Positions 24,474 through 36,977 are shown, numbered from the stretch's first letter. The stretch is 64,000 nucleotides of DNA from Neoconidiobolus thromboides FSU 785 (GCA_025603075.1 MU626354.1:1-64000); one strand, 5' to 3'. A program made the numbers and translations. The notes: a model not told the origin generated them from the letters alone.

Positions 24474-25873
24474 CTTTTTTTGAATGATATATTGTTTGTT
24501 ATAAAAAATGTAAAGCTTTAAAAACTTTCACTCTTTTTACTTTATATCTTAAACATGGTGAACAATAAGGTCATCTTTGATTGGCTGTTACTCATACTAA
24601 GTAAACGCATTTTTGTTTTGCGAAATCGAGGATTGAAATAATATTTATACTAATTATATGTAGTAAATTAAAAATGATTGGTTAATATGAAGTTGTTCAG
24701 CTTAAAGTTTATCGGTTTTGTAAGGAATAAAAATCATGATTTTATTTAGTCCAATTAAAATTTTTAAATTATTAAAAATTGATGTGATAAAAAAAGAAGT
24801 ATTTCAATTCCAATGATTAAGGATAAGATAGTAAAATAGTTTATAATCTTTTTTTCATTTAAGAGATGAAGTGTTCTTATCTTTTTTATATCATCTTTAA
24901 AATATTAACATAGAATTGAGATCAATAACGTATGTATTTTCATTAAATATTAATTCCATTTTTAAAAACTTAAATAATTTTAATTGATTCAATCAAATAT
25001 GAAAAAAGTAAGTTTCTTATAAGATTATCTGATCAATGAAATCAGATTACAATCAATAATGGAATTAATTTTCTAATTAGTAATCCAATATTCTAATAGG
25101 TTAATTGAATTAAATTTATTCTTTAAAAGAAATTAGAATAAAATTTTTTGATGAAGTTAAATTTTTGAAAGATGCTAGTATTTTTTCATGTTTGTCCTAT
25201 TAGTCATAGTTTCGGGTTATTAAACTTTTGTCTTGAAAAGTTACTTTGGGATCAAGTTATTTTAATTGAATTGATAGTGATTAAATTTTTGATAAAATTT
25301 AAAGTACACTTTAATATTGAGGTGACGGTTAGGGTTATATCTTATAAAAATGTCTTTATTAAAGTTGTAAAAAGAGCAGTTTGTTAATTCTAAACTAAAT
25401 CACTAACCAAGCAAACCACAATAGACTTAGCTCGATATGTGACTGTTGATAAACAAAATTTCAAAAACCCAAATTCAAATCCTTGAGATATCACTGCTAT
25501 CTGATATAGAGATGTAAAGTAGAGAGCAACGAAATTCGATAAATATGAAGCTTTCACATGACAATTTGTATTAAATCTTATTTTTTAGGTATACTAATTG
25601 AATCATTTATAGTTGTATCATATAAAATAGTAATAGGATAATAGTTGGAAGCATATTTTTTTGTTCAAAGACTTAATACATTATCTGGCTTTTTGACTGC
25701 ATAAAAAATGAATAAATAAATGGAAGTAAAAGAGTATTTCTATACTAATTTTATCAAATATTACATTTATTATTGTTATTTAGTAAAAAATTAACTTAAA
25801 TAGGTAGAGCTCAATTTTAAAAAAATCAGTTTTTATAAACTTATTAACAGATTTACTTTAGAACTTAATATAT

Positions 25874-25972
25874 GGGAGTGTTTTTTTTGACTTCATTATT
25901 TTTTCCATTTTTTAAGCGCTATTTAAGCGGAAAATTTGTTAGTAAAATTCTTAAACACAAAAATACACCCCC
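25874..25972 (-). mobile_element. MITE copy 7
   Basis: GGGAGTGTTTTTTTT...AATACACCCCC, ATAT/ATAT. Confidence 0.92.
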
Positions 25973-26064
25973 ATATCTTTCCACAATTTAAAAGTATTAT
26001 TTTTAAACTTTGAAATGCAAAGTCTTTAGATGTTTTTATAAAACAAATATATATAAAAGCAAAA

Positions 26065-26175
26065 AGATAATAGATAATAGATAATAGATAATAGATAATA
26101 GATAATAGATAATAGATAATAGATAATAGATAATAGATAATAGATAATAGATAATAGATAATAGATAATAGATAA
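26065..26175. repeat. Perfect 7-bp tandem array (AGATAAT) x~16
   Basis: Read directly. Confidence 0.97.
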
Positions 26176-26520
26176 ATGAATGTTAAACAAAGGGTGAAGA
26201 TATTAGATTTTAGAAAGCAACCGAACTCAATAACAACAATGTTAAATAAAATAAGATTAATCTAAAAGATTAATACTTTGTTCTATGTAAATTAGATATG
26301 ACACAGAAAGGTTACAGCATAAACTAAAGTTGAAATATTGTTAACTGGTAACTTAATATGGTAGAATTGGATTAATCATAGGTTGATTGAGTCTATAAAG
26401 CCTAAGAAGACATTAAAAAATAGAAATAAGCTTGGGTTAGTTGTAAGGGTTTTAAATTTAAGTAATTTAGAAAATGAATAGGATACTAAATAAAGTATAT
26501 TAATGTTTAAGTTTATTTCT
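26176..26520 (+). pseudogene. Possible F-box/LRR-like gene relic
   Basis: Stop-riddled frame ILDFRKQPNSI..INTLFYVN*I*HRKV, then in another frame NKLGLVVRVLNLSNL; by-eye resemblance only. Confidence 0.3.
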
Positions 26521-27552
26521 AGCATAATAAAATCAAATAAATATAATACAAAGCATAGATATATTGCAAATATATATGTTATTAACTGAAAATTAAAATT
26601 TTGATTTTAGTTTTAATACTTTTCTATTTTAAAGTAAAAGCGATGTAGAAATTATTCCTTTGTTTTTTCTATTTTATTCATTTTTACTGAAATCCAAATT
26701 TAAATATTTTTTATTCTTAATTCTAAAAAACGTTCCAACATAAACATATTTCAAAAGTTCCTTTTTCTATCTAGATCAGTATGACGTTGTGATTACTTAA
26801 ATGAGAAGTGAATGGAAATGGTTAAGAAAAAGGGATAGTGATGTTGAAATAGATCAGTTTGTTCTTATAATAATGTTAGAATGATATTAAAACTTGGTTA
26901 TAAAAAAAACTCAGATGACTTCTTTTTCTTTTATTGATACCTCAAATTATATATGCTATCAAAAGAAATTTTTTTAGTTACGTTTCTTCTTAGCTTAAAT
27001 ACTATTACATATTAACTCCTAATAATGACTTTGATATATAGCAATATTAAATTTAAATCGCAATTTAAGTATCAATATTTGAATAGATTTTATTATGATT
27101 AGCTCCCACTGAAATCGGGGATCATGGGAATACTTATACGTATGTAGTTGTCTCTAGAAGCTGTATTGAGATTGCTTATGATGTCCCATTTTTTGGACCA
27201 TTTTATACTATAAGTATGAGAGCTGCTATGATTGAATTAAATTAAGTTTTATAATAAAGAGTATAAATTTTATGTGAACGAGTTGAATTACTATGGTATT
27301 AATATTTAATAAAGCATGTTCAAGTAAGTTTAATAGTTTACTTTATATCCCATACCTTGTTATATAAAATTATTAAATTGATAAAAAAGTCCATAGAGTA
27401 AAAATTAAACTTTAATTAAAACTATTATTTATCTTATTAATTTAAAACAAAAAAAACTTCCACTTAATAATATCCATTATTAAGTTGACATAAAAAACTA
27501 TTGACTACTGTTAAAACATTTCTTAAAAACATCGATCAAACATAATAATACA

Positions 27553-28918
27553 TTAAAATGGCAAACCCCCTTGAGAAGAGCCACTGTGACCTCTTCTATG
27601 ATTAGCCCTAGCACGAACATTAGGTGATCGACTTCTTTCTATGTTATGAGTACTTGTTCTCCTTGAAGTTCTAAAAGATTCACGTTCTGAACCATCAGGC
27701 ATAAGTGTACGAGAAGTTGAATAAACTCTATCTCTTGGATTGTAATAAGGAGATTGAGGATGTGAAGGGCGTCTAGGAGTGGATAAAGTATTTACTCCTG
27801 ATATAAAACTTAAAGAAGGACGTCTAGAAGATACTGAGTTTGTTGATGGTGCTAATGTATTGAAAAGTGGATGTTGTGGGTTAGAAGCTCGTGAAAAGAC
27901 TAATTCTGGATTAGCTGAGGCTTCACTTGGTTGATTGATATAGTCTATACCAGCTCGATAATTTAAAAAGGGATTTTGTATATTCGATGGTCGTCTTGAT
28001 GTATTTATAGTTTCTCCATTCATCCCTAAACCATGTCTAAAAAATGATATACGTCTTGCTACCGCTAACTGATGTTGAAATGCACTTACATGGGGTAAGG
28101 AACTACGTCTGTTAAGTAAATGTGGAGGAAGTGATTCTGAATTAGCTGTTTGATTATTTGTTTCATTTGAAAATACTGGATTATTTGAATTAAAAGGTGA
28201 GATACTGTTGGCTCCATTAGTATTTCCCTCAACTGATTCTGGTGGGTTATTATTATTATAATAGCTTTGGGGCAAAAAGAGATGAGCATTTCCTGATCCC
28301 TCTTGTTCAGGATTTGAATGTTGATTGCTTAATGTTTCATTAAGTAGTGCACGATCGTGTAATGTTTGATTACTCATAGATTGTGTAAGTAAAGCGTGAT
28401 TTCTTGAATGTATTGCTCTTAAGAAATTATCTTCAAAAACGGGCCGTCTTTCTCCATCTGGAAAATAAGCCATTCTTGATCTCCGTCTTCTAAAAGGATT
28501 TGGTTCCTCTACAGTCTGGTTATACACGTTGAATAATGGATCAGTTCTTTCTTCATCTCTATTTACATTATTTATCGCCAAATCTTCTGGATGATCTATT
28601 TCATCTTCAACAATATCTGAGCATTCCGCTTCCATATTTTTTCTTATTTTATAACTCTATCAACTAATTTAACTTTAGTATAATAGCAATAATAAATTTA
28701 CCTTCATGACATAATTAAATAGGTTTGTGGTAGCAACATCTGTTTCACGAAAGTTATCAACAAACTCCTCAAAGCTCATAGAAACATCCTAATCAAATTT
28801 AAAACTAAATAGATAAATAGTAAATTAAGCTTACATGGTCCGCTTTTGAATTTTCAAATAACAATCTCAGCTTCTCAATTAACTTTTGCTCTGCACTCAA
28901 TTCAATACTTTTTCCCAT
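27553..28918 (-). CDS. Hypothetical, largely disordered Ser/Arg/Asn-rich protein (3 exons)
   Basis: Exons MGKSIELSAEQKL..ADH | DVSMSFEEF..VMK | SYKIRKNMEAEC.. join in frame with ORF 27553-28635. Confidence 0.75.
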
Positions 28919-29999
28919 TCTGAATTATTTTTTTAATTTAACAAAAATAAATAATTTTAATTTTTTATTTCTTTCTTCCTCAATCATTTTAACTTGAGTA
29001 TTTGCTAAACATATTCCAGAATACAAGTTATTTTATTGGATCAAAATTAATAATCATATTTGATTGGTTGCGATCGCTCAAGAATGGCTGCTATTTTATT
29101 GATTGGATTAACCCACCCAACTTAACTTTTTAAGTGCATCTTCCATACGCTCAATAGATAGCCCCTCGATCAAGCTGCTAATAAAATAATTATTTTATAA
29201 CAAATTAAATGAAATGGAGAAATTAAATAAATAGCAACATTATAGTTTGACTTTGCTTAATTCGACTCACATTAAAAACTTTATTAATGTACTTTAATAT
29301 CTGTTTTATTTTTTACAGGATTTGTAGTATATAAAACATTAGAAGTTATTAAAATTAATAGAATTATGATTACTAAATTTATGCTGTTTTGATATTTGTA
29401 GCAAATGTATCATTTTGAACCTAAAGATTTGTTTTGAAAACTTGAAATTTAATTAAACTGAAATAAATTTAATATAAAAGTAGAAATTTGTTGACTAAAT
29501 ATATGCATTTTAGTTTAATTGGGGTATGGACAATATTTTATTTTATTTTAAATACAACAGTAAAGCTACCAAATCAGTTTTTATTTTTAGGAATGTAATA
29601 GCAAATTTTTAAATATGAATATTATATAGCAATATAAGACACTGTATCGTCCTTATTTGATTTTCTATAATTTAAAACCTTAGAATAATTCTTATCTTTA
29701 AACATTAATGCTAACAAATTAATAGCACAATAAGCATAACACAATTTTCATAGATAATAAGTAACTAAAGGGGTTTTCCTCTCTTTTCCAGTAGCTGGAT
29801 TATGACTCTAATAAGAATTTAGGCAGGGGTTAACAGTGGGTTCTAGCACATAGCTCTTTATTGATAATGTTTTCACTTAAAATAGTTTTAAAGATAGTTA
29901 AAAATGATTGGGTTAAAAAAATAACATGAATTTTTCGAAAATAAACTTCAAATGTTATTTTTATAAAATTAATTTTAAAATTGACATAGAATGAAATAG

Positions 30000-31973
30000 A
30001 TGACTTTAAAAATAATAGAAATTAATTATAAAAGGATAAATAGGAATACAGTTAAGTATTTATACTATAATAAATGTAAAAAACTAAGGTATTCCACATT
30101 TAATAAAACAAACGATGTACTTGCACCCAACGGAGAGCGAATTGTGATTTCTAATACAGGTTTACCTGTAAAAGTAGTAAGTTGGTCGGATTTAGAAGCT
30201 CAACTCCTTGGAATGTATCAAAGATTACATATACCGATGGAACAACTATATTTAGAGCTTCCTACTAGAACATCAGATCAAATAAATAAAAGATATTCGT
30301 CATATCATCAAATTCCATTTACAACAGACGAACCTAATTATATGGATCTGCCAAATATAACCACCAGAAGTCAACGGAAGTTAGTAAATTTGAACAATCA
30401 ATGGATTGATGTAACACCAAATTTATTACCATCTAAAACAGGAGCATTTTCAGCTAATGAGATTGCATTGATAAATATTTTAACTACTATTGATGAGAAG
30501 ATGCCACATTTAACTCAACTTATGCCAACAAGGAGTTTAATACAGTTGATTTCATACAAAAAATATAATGAAATGACTCGGAAAAAAGAAGGGGTGGGTA
30601 TTCCAAACAGGACTTCTATTTATGGATTTGAGTTACAAACTTCAAAATTAAGCGAAGTTGAAGCCCAGTTATTTAATCTTGCAAAGTCTTATTATAATGA
30701 TCTCACCGAATTAACTCAATATTTACCCAATAGATCCCTTTCACAATTAAGTAGATTTAAAGATAATGACCATTCAGTTTCACGTATTACCCTTAATCAA
30801 AAGAGTATAGAAGCAAAAAATGACCAGTCAACCAACATAAATGAAGTTCGAATTACATCTCTTGATTTGCCTTGTAAGATAGGACCTTATAGTACAGAAG
30901 AAAAACTTCTTCTTGATAAATTAAGCCAATTAAATTTTAATTACAATACTATGAGTAAGCACATGGGTACTCGAACTAGAGCTCAACTTAGTAGCTATTT
31001 TTTAAGAATAAAACGTCAAAAAAAAGTGGGGCCTTGGAATTTAGACGAAATTGAACGTTTTAATAAGTCAATCAAGACCAATTTCCCCAACATAAATGAA
31101 ATTATTAAGTCAGATGATGTACATTTAGCAAGTACTATTTGGCCGAGATTGGCTATTGATGTTGGTACGCGTACACCTTCTCAATGTCGTTATCGCTGGT
31201 TTGTTGTTTCAGATCCTTCAATTGTCAAGTATAAATCATTTACGGAAGATGAGGATAGAATCATATTAAGTATGAACAAAAAGGTACCAAGTCTACCAGA
31301 AATAGCACTTAGTCTACCTCATCGATCTTATTCTCAGGTTAAAACAAGAATTAACTCATTATCAGCAAAAAGACGAAAGAAATGGAGTGAACAAGAAATT
31401 GAACTATTGTTAAAAGGGATCGAACTTTATGGATTAAGTGAGTGGAAGAAAGTTAGCGAATATGTTGATACTCGGAATCAAAGTCAATGTCAACATAAGT
31501 ATATAGTTAATCGTTATTCAATTGATTATTATTTTAAAAAGTTTCGAAATGTTACCAAAGAGGATAGCGATCTAATTAATAAACTAGAAAAGTATTTTCC
31601 GCAACAGCCATTAACTATTTCACTATTAGTACCAGGCTACACCTTGAATCAAATTAAGTACACTTTACTAACACATAAATTAAAAAATAAAACCCAATTA
31701 TATGCGCTTAATCGACGTTGGACCCCAGATGAGTATTCAACGTTATATGATATGTTTTTAGCGTATGGTGCAGATTGGGAAAAAATTGCTTCTTGTTTGC
31801 CAGATGATATAACACCCATACATTGTAAATATAAATTGCAAGTTACAACATCAAGTAGGAAATGTATTAAGCCACACATAATGTTAGTAAGGGAAGCGTT
31901 GCGTTTGAAATATAATGAAGAAAAAGAAAACGGTAAGTTTATGCCTAAAGAAAGGGTTTATTATCGTGGTTAA
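30000..31973 (+). CDS. Multi-repeat Myb/SANT-domain protein, 657 aa
   Basis: Repeats: GPWNLDEIERF..RTPSQCRYRW, FTEDED..RSYSQVKTR, KWSEQEIELL..GLSEWKKVSEYVDTRNQSQCQHKY, RWTPDE..GADWEKIA. Confidence 0.88.
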   Translation: MTLKIIEINYKRINRNTVKYLYYNKCKKLRYSTFNKTNDVLAPNGERIVISNTGLPVKVVSWSDLEAQLLGMYQRLHIPMEQLYLELPTRTSDQINKRYSSYHQIPFTTDEPNYMDLPNITTRSQRKLVNLNNQWIDVTPNLLPSKTGAFSANEIALINILTTIDEKMPHLTQLMPTRSLIQLISYKKYNEMTRKKEGVGIPNRTSIYGFELQTSKLSEVEAQLFNLAKSYYNDLTELTQYLPNRSLSQLSRFKDNDHSVSRITLNQKSIEAKNDQSTNINEVRITSLDLPCKIGPYSTEEKLLLDKLSQLNFNYNTMSKHMGTRTRAQLSSYFLRIKRQKKVGPWNLDEIERFNKSIKTNFPNINEIIKSDDVHLASTIWPRLAIDVGTRTPSQCRYRWFVVSDPSIVKYKSFTEDEDRIILSMNKKVPSLPEIALSLPHRSYSQVKTRINSLSAKRRKKWSEQEIELLLKGIELYGLSEWKKVSEYVDTRNQSQCQHKYIVNRYSIDYYFKKFRNVTKEDSDLINKLEKYFPQQPLTISLLVPGYTLNQIKYTLLTHKLKNKTQLYALNRRWTPDEYSTLYDMFLAYGADWEKIASCLPDDITPIHCKYKLQVTTSSRKCIKPHIMLVREALRLKYNEEKENGKFMPKERVYYRG

Positions 31974-32243
31974 AAAGTTAAATAAAAAAGTTATAAAACA
32001 ATTTAACTTATTGGCTTATAATTATTGAACTATGTTAAAATTAATATTTCAGATTCTTGTTTTAATTAAAAAAATTAAATAACAATATTAAATAAAATCC
32101 ACTTTGGTAGCGTTACATTTAATTAAATACTATACTGTTGGAGCATTGCCAATAATTCAGAATTGATCTAAAAAAATTCAACTATCACTTTTATTCTATT
32201 TTTTTACAACCATATATTTACTCAAAACAGATGCTATAAAAAC

Positions 32244-32836
32244 TCAAAAGTCAGATAAAATACCGTTTTCCAACTCAATACTTTGACCTTCAAAAGTTAG
32301 TCTGCTCTCAGCTTCTTCCAAATTTTCCTCATTGTTTCCTTCTTCTTCTTCTTCACCAGTTTCAAGCTGTAATTTTTCTACAATCACCTCCAATAACCTT
32401 TGTTGTTCTTCCTCATTAAATCTTTCTTCGAAATCTTCAACAAGCTTTGTAATTTATTTTTTAAATGAAAGTGATAAAAATTAATAATGTGCTTACCACA
32501 ACAAGCTGTACCAATTCGCTTGGTGCAACATTTAAAATCTGAAGTTTTTCAGCTTTGGTTAACTGAAACTCGGTTAAAGCAGATAACAAATTATGAACTT
32601 TTTCTGTACTCTGACTTCCACTATTCAACTCTGATAAATATTTTTTTACCTAAAAATAACATTAACATTAATTTTTCATTTTATGTTATGTTATTAATTA
32701 CTTCAAACTGAATAGTTGACACATTTTCGCCTTTTTTAACCTTCTTTAATTGTTTGGTTAAGGCGCTTGTTTCTTCGATTATTGTCAACACTTCATAGTT
32801 TGATAGCATCGCTTCATGTTCATTTACTACCTCCAT
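32244..32836 (-). CDS. RPC17: RNA polymerase III subunit C17/RPC9 (Rpb4-like), 3 exons
   Basis: MEVVNEHEAMLSNYEVL, STIQFE|VKKYL, LTKAEKLQILNVAP, LVEDFEERFNEEEQQRLL; acidic tail. Confidence 0.82.
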
Positions 32837-33125
32837 GTGTAAAATAAAGTTGAGAAAATGAATTGAACTTTTTGATTTATAAATAGTTTATTCCATCTTA
32901 AAGATAAATTAAAATATTTTTGAAATAGTAAAAAAGTGCTAACAAGTGAGATAAATTAAGAAACGTATACATAAAAAATATAGCTAATCTTTGTTATCTT
33001 TATTTTACTCATATAATATATAATATATAATACCATGTTAAAAGAAAACAAAATACTTATGTTTAATAAAGGCATAGGCAGATAAATATTTATATAAATT
33101 TAAATTTTATAATAATATAATAACA

Positions 33126-33197
33126 GCCCGTTTGGCCAAGTGGTAAGGCGTCAGTCTTGTAAACTGAAGATCAGTGGTTCGATCCCGCTATCGGGCA
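33126..33197 (+). tRNA. tRNA-Thr(UGU), intronless
   Basis: Acceptor GCCCGTT/ATCGGGC; D arm GCC-AAGTGGTAA-GGC; anticodon arm TCAGT-CT TGT AA-ACTGA; T arm AGTGG-TTCGATC-CCGCT. Confidence 0.96.
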
Positions 33198-33202
33198 GCA
33201 TA

Positions 33203-33208
33203 TTTTTT
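33203..33208 (+). terminator. Pol III terminator (T6)
   Basis: TTTTTT 5 nt after the tRNA 3' end. Confidence 0.8.
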
Positions 33209-33278
33209 GCATTAAAAATATGCTAAGTATACTCTAATCAAGTTTCTTTTTTATCTCTTTTTAAAGATACCTCATTAA

Positions 33279-33470
33279 GGGGAGCGAAGTGGTTGAGTGG
33301 TAACACATTCCTTCTCCTTACCCAAAGCTTGAGCCTCAAACCTTAATCTGGCCAAGGAAAATAAATTGTCTGTTAAAAGTGCTGTCAACATTATCTGATA
33401 AAGTAGTGAAAAGCGTCTTAACCGCCCCACATTGTATTCGCATCTTCTAGATCTGCAAACTTTCTTTAGA
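33279..33470 (+). mobile_element. Candidate tRNA-derived SINE or degenerate Pol III element
   Basis: Box A TGGTTGAGTGG (33290-33300); degenerate box B GAGCCTCAAACC ~41 nt later; non-tRNA GC-richer body follows. No cloverleaf, no TSD identified. Confidence 0.4.
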
Positions 33471-33580
33471 TATTATATACATCAATATTCTTTAAATTCT
33501 TAAACTATCTCAAATAAACCAACACATTCAGTATTTATGGACGTATGATTAAAAAAATACTTTGTTAAGGATTAAAATAT

Positions 33581-33674
33581 GAGGATGTCTTTTTCGGTTT
33601 TATTTTTCTATTTTTTGAGCGCTATTTCAGCGGAAAATTTATTAGCAAAATTTTTAAACAAAAAATACATCCCG
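33581..33674 (-). mobile_element. MITE copy 8 (internal deletion, right TSD lost)
   Basis: ATAT-GAGGATGTCTTTT...GAGCGCTATTTCAGCGGAAAA...AATACATCCCG. Confidence 0.85.
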
Positions 33675-34679
33675 GTGCACTAAATTAGGACATTGCTTTA
33701 TCAAAAGTTGAATTAAATTAACCTTATTTTGGATTACAAATGAAACTTCTAATAGTACATTGATAAAGGATAGTGTAAAAACCATATTAGTTATATTAAA
33801 ATGAATATAACTGTAAAAGTAAAATCTTACATTATTTTTTTGAGCATACCATCTGTTTATATTTTTAGAGTTTTTTTGTTAATATAGTTTGATTGTTTTT
33901 TAGCTAAGTTATGTTATTAGTCAATAAATTGATGTTTAAAAAAGTTAAACATTTAGTTCAAGTTACGATTTTTTATTATGAATTTCTTGGTACTTACAAT
34001 TAATAATGTATTTTTAAATATAAATCCTCATAGTTCATTTAAGCTTACAAATATTTGATAATTTAACAAAAAACCTATATTTTGACTATTGCTACTTTGA
34101 AAATAGAGGTATTAAATAGTTGACTTTGTTTAAAGCCTTAGTTTATTTTTTTAATAAATTTAGCTATGATTTCTAAATTTTAGGCTAGTTAACAAAATAT
34201 TGTAGTGACGAGATATTCTTACTTATTTTATGATGTTCTTCAAAGCGTATGAACTTAATATTTATTATTATTTTGACTTTCAAAGCTTTTTTGATATTTA
34301 ATAAAAATTATTGCTTCAAACCAAAATGTAATTTGTCAATATTAAGTTGTTTTCCATATTTCAGATGCCTTTCATTTAAATCTCTTATTACTTTATCTGA
34401 ATTTAAAGATTTGTGTAGCTATATACTTTTAAACTCAGGTAAGAAAAGTAATAGTAGATTTAGATAAAGGCGTCTTGAATATAGAAAATGATCTAACATT
34501 GATAAATACTATATTAATTGCTATGTAAATAGTTGCCATAAATAGCAAATTGGACTTTTAAAATTTGAAATAGGGCCAGCTTTGCCCTATTGCAAACAGT
34601 TCATGATTTGAGAATTCTTAGTATTTGGAAAATAGGCAAATGAATTTTTTAGTAAATGCATTGTTTGAGAGGGCATTGA

Positions 34680-35255
34680 AATAAGTGAAGAAGATAAAGA
34701 TATAAAATAAACACAAGAAATGTGGATAAAAAGTAACAATCAAAATAGAGATAAACGAATCTATTTTTTTCTAATAAAATATAGGGTAATAGCTAATCTT
34801 CATATCATCGATTCAACTTAAAGTATATCAAAGCACGGTACTTTTTAGTATTCTCTAAGAAAAAATCAATAATTTTATTTTTCTCCTATGATAAAGGTAT
34901 AAGGGTACTCCATTTTATTTTTAAATTAGTATAGTTTTCGATTAGCAAATTAGCATATTTAAAGATTAGGAAGTAGGAATATATTATAAACAAGACGAAG
35001 TTACAGAATAAACTTTAATTTAAATAAAGAACAATTTATAGTCCAAAAACGATCTGTGTTTTTATTGAATATATCTATAATAGACAATTTGGCTATTCTT
35101 TGAGCCTATTTCTATTAAGTAATCTGACAATTTGAATGTAAACTTATACTGTAGTCATAGTAAACGCCTGCTCATTGTAAAGTATAAAAGTTTTATAAAA
35201 TGCGACATTATACTAAATAACTTTTAATTAAGTTAGCTAAGTTACAATATAGAAA
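34680..35255 (+). repeat. Upstream region duplicated with ~61230-61816 (lipase promoter)
   Basis: Collinear blocks TAAATTAGT(A/G)TAGTT, AGGAAGTAG, TTTTTATTG(A/G)ATATATCTATAATA, and GCTCA..AAGTATAAAAG (TATA-like at 35183 and 61729). Limits approximate. Confidence 0.75.
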
Positions 35256-36448
35256 ATGCTTTTAAGCTGCTATAGCCCAGCATTTGTTGCTTTATTTTAT
35301 GATATATCATTAGTCCAACGATACCAAGCAGTTGCAAGTCGCTATAATATTGCTACTGTCATCAGTGCTGATAGGATATTATCGCCAAATAATGATAATG
35401 GTAACATGTTATCATCGAACGACAATAAAGCCTGCTTGAACATCAATACAGAAGGAATCTCAGATGTAGAAAACTACTTTAAAGGCTTGATAGAAAATTT
35501 AAACTATTTAAGAAACCACACTAAATTTGAATCCCATGAGTTACCCGATTCACGTACATTTGAAAGACTAACTCAGCTCAAAAGGAGCAATATTCTAAAA
35601 GATGAATATTATGCTAGATTGGGTGGTGTTGCTTATTGTAATGACGCAAACTTAAAAGCCTGATCCTACTTTTATTGTAAAGAAGTCCTAGTTCAACATG
35701 TACCCACTTATTTTGACAAATTAACGCAAACCAAAATTTATTTAGGAATTGGGGATGTATTTTTTTGTCTAAGAACTTTACTAACAATCTTTCTGCTCAA
35801 ATAGCGCTTAAAAAATGGAAAAAGTAATGAAACCAAAAAAAACATCCCCAATTGATAAAAACAAAAAATCGATTATTTCAGGTTTCTGTGGAAACTCAAC
35901 TTTAAAAGATTTTATACAAGGTGTTAAGTATTCTAAAGATTCAATTGTATCAAATAAAAAATGATATAAAGTGCACCGCAGGTTCAAGCAATGCAGTGAT
36001 ATATTGTTGCCTTTGTATATTAAGGGCTTGAGGAATTTATTGACTAAAAAGAAAGATTACAAGCTGGTTATCATTTGAATGGTACAATAGCCATATTAAG
36101 TTCTTTGATTTTAAGGCAAAGACTAAGTTTGAATGACAATATACTATTGGTATTTACTTATATTGAATCAAAAGTAGAGGATAAAGGATTTTCACGCTAT
36201 TTAAATCAATAAACTTTTACCCTAACTCGAGTTATTAACAATAGAGATATAGTACCCCATTTACCTCTACAAACTAATTCTATATCTGATTATCACCATC
36301 ATTATGGAATTTGGGTAAATGGTAATAAAGATGCCTATTGGAATAATAGCTATTCAGAAGGCCCTGAGTGCTCTGCTTCAAAATGGTATGGCTTTTAGTG
36401 GATGATCACTTGTATGTTTGGGGTATTAGATTGGGTAGTGAATGTTGA
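35256..36448 (+). pseudogene. Secreted class-3 lipase pseudogene, paralog of 61817-62886
   Basis: Collinear with the 61817 gene (YYARLGGVAYCND, HRRFKQCSD, DIVPHLP). TGA at 35661, further stops, MITE insertion, and the GHSLGG segment is eroded. Confidence 0.92.
35751..35849 (+). mobile_element. MITE copy 9, inserted in lipase pseudogene
   Basis: GGGGATGTATTTTTTT...AAAAAAAACATCCCC, AATT/AATT; removal restores YLGIDKNKK. Confidence 0.96.
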
Positions 36449-36667
36449 TTTTAATAACTTTTGATAAAATTAGTCACTTTGTCATTTATAGTTTTTTGTT
36501 TCTAATTCTAATAAACAAATAAACTATATATGCAAAATGATCAAAATATAATACAGTAAAGACTATCAATATGGGGGTTATAGAAGCTTTGAATTAAATT
36601 TTGAAAATTGAAAAAAATATAAAAAACATAATTAAGTAAGCCTTTTTTCGCCTCTTTTTTGTCAAAT

Positions 36668-36764
36668 AGGGATGTTTTTTTTATTTTATTACTTTTCTAT
36701 TTTTTAAGCGCTATTTAAGTGAGAAATTTGTTAGTAAAATTCTTAAATACAGAAATACATCCCC
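36668..36764 (-). mobile_element. MITE copy 10
   Basis: AGGGATGTTTTTTTT...AATACATCCCC, AAAT/AAAT flanks. Confidence 0.92.
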
Positions 36765-36873
36765 AAATAAAGGGGTTTATAAACTTTTTGAATTTTTAAA
36801 ATTGGTTTTTGTCCTAAAATTACTAAGGGTATATCAGCCTCAAAGTTTATTTAGTACGAAGCCGCTTGTCTTC

Positions 36874-36977
36874 AAAACATACTAAAACATATTAAAACAT
36901 ATTAAAACATATTAAAACATATTAAAACATATTAAAACATATTAAAACATATTAAAACATATTAAAACATATTAAAA
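36874..36977. repeat. 10-bp tandem array (AAAACATATT) x~10
   Basis: Read directly; first unit variant AAAACATACT. Confidence 0.97.

Noticed and set aside
24575-24690. CCAAT boxes upstream of ISU1 as a HapX iron-regulation site
   Set aside because: CCAAT is present, but I could not match the downstream bipartite sub-motif spacing, and CCAAT is common in these promoters.
25172-25387. 71-aa ORF with LEKLLWDQVIL, a possible second F-box relic
   Set aside because: Resemblance too weak to support.
26065-26175. (AGATAAT)n as an interstitial telomere
   Set aside because: Lacks the G-rich strand of known fungal telomeric repeats; no evidence from the window.
29517-29545. AATT-GGGGTATGGAC as another transposon end
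   Set aside because: No matching inverted partner found in the window.
32244-33197. Pol III subunit gene adjacent to a tRNA gene
   Set aside because: No mechanism or conservation evidence; plausibly coincidence.
36874-36977. Regular repeats as a CRISPR-like array
   Set aside because: No unique spacers and no cas genes; eukaryotic context. These are plain tandem repeats.
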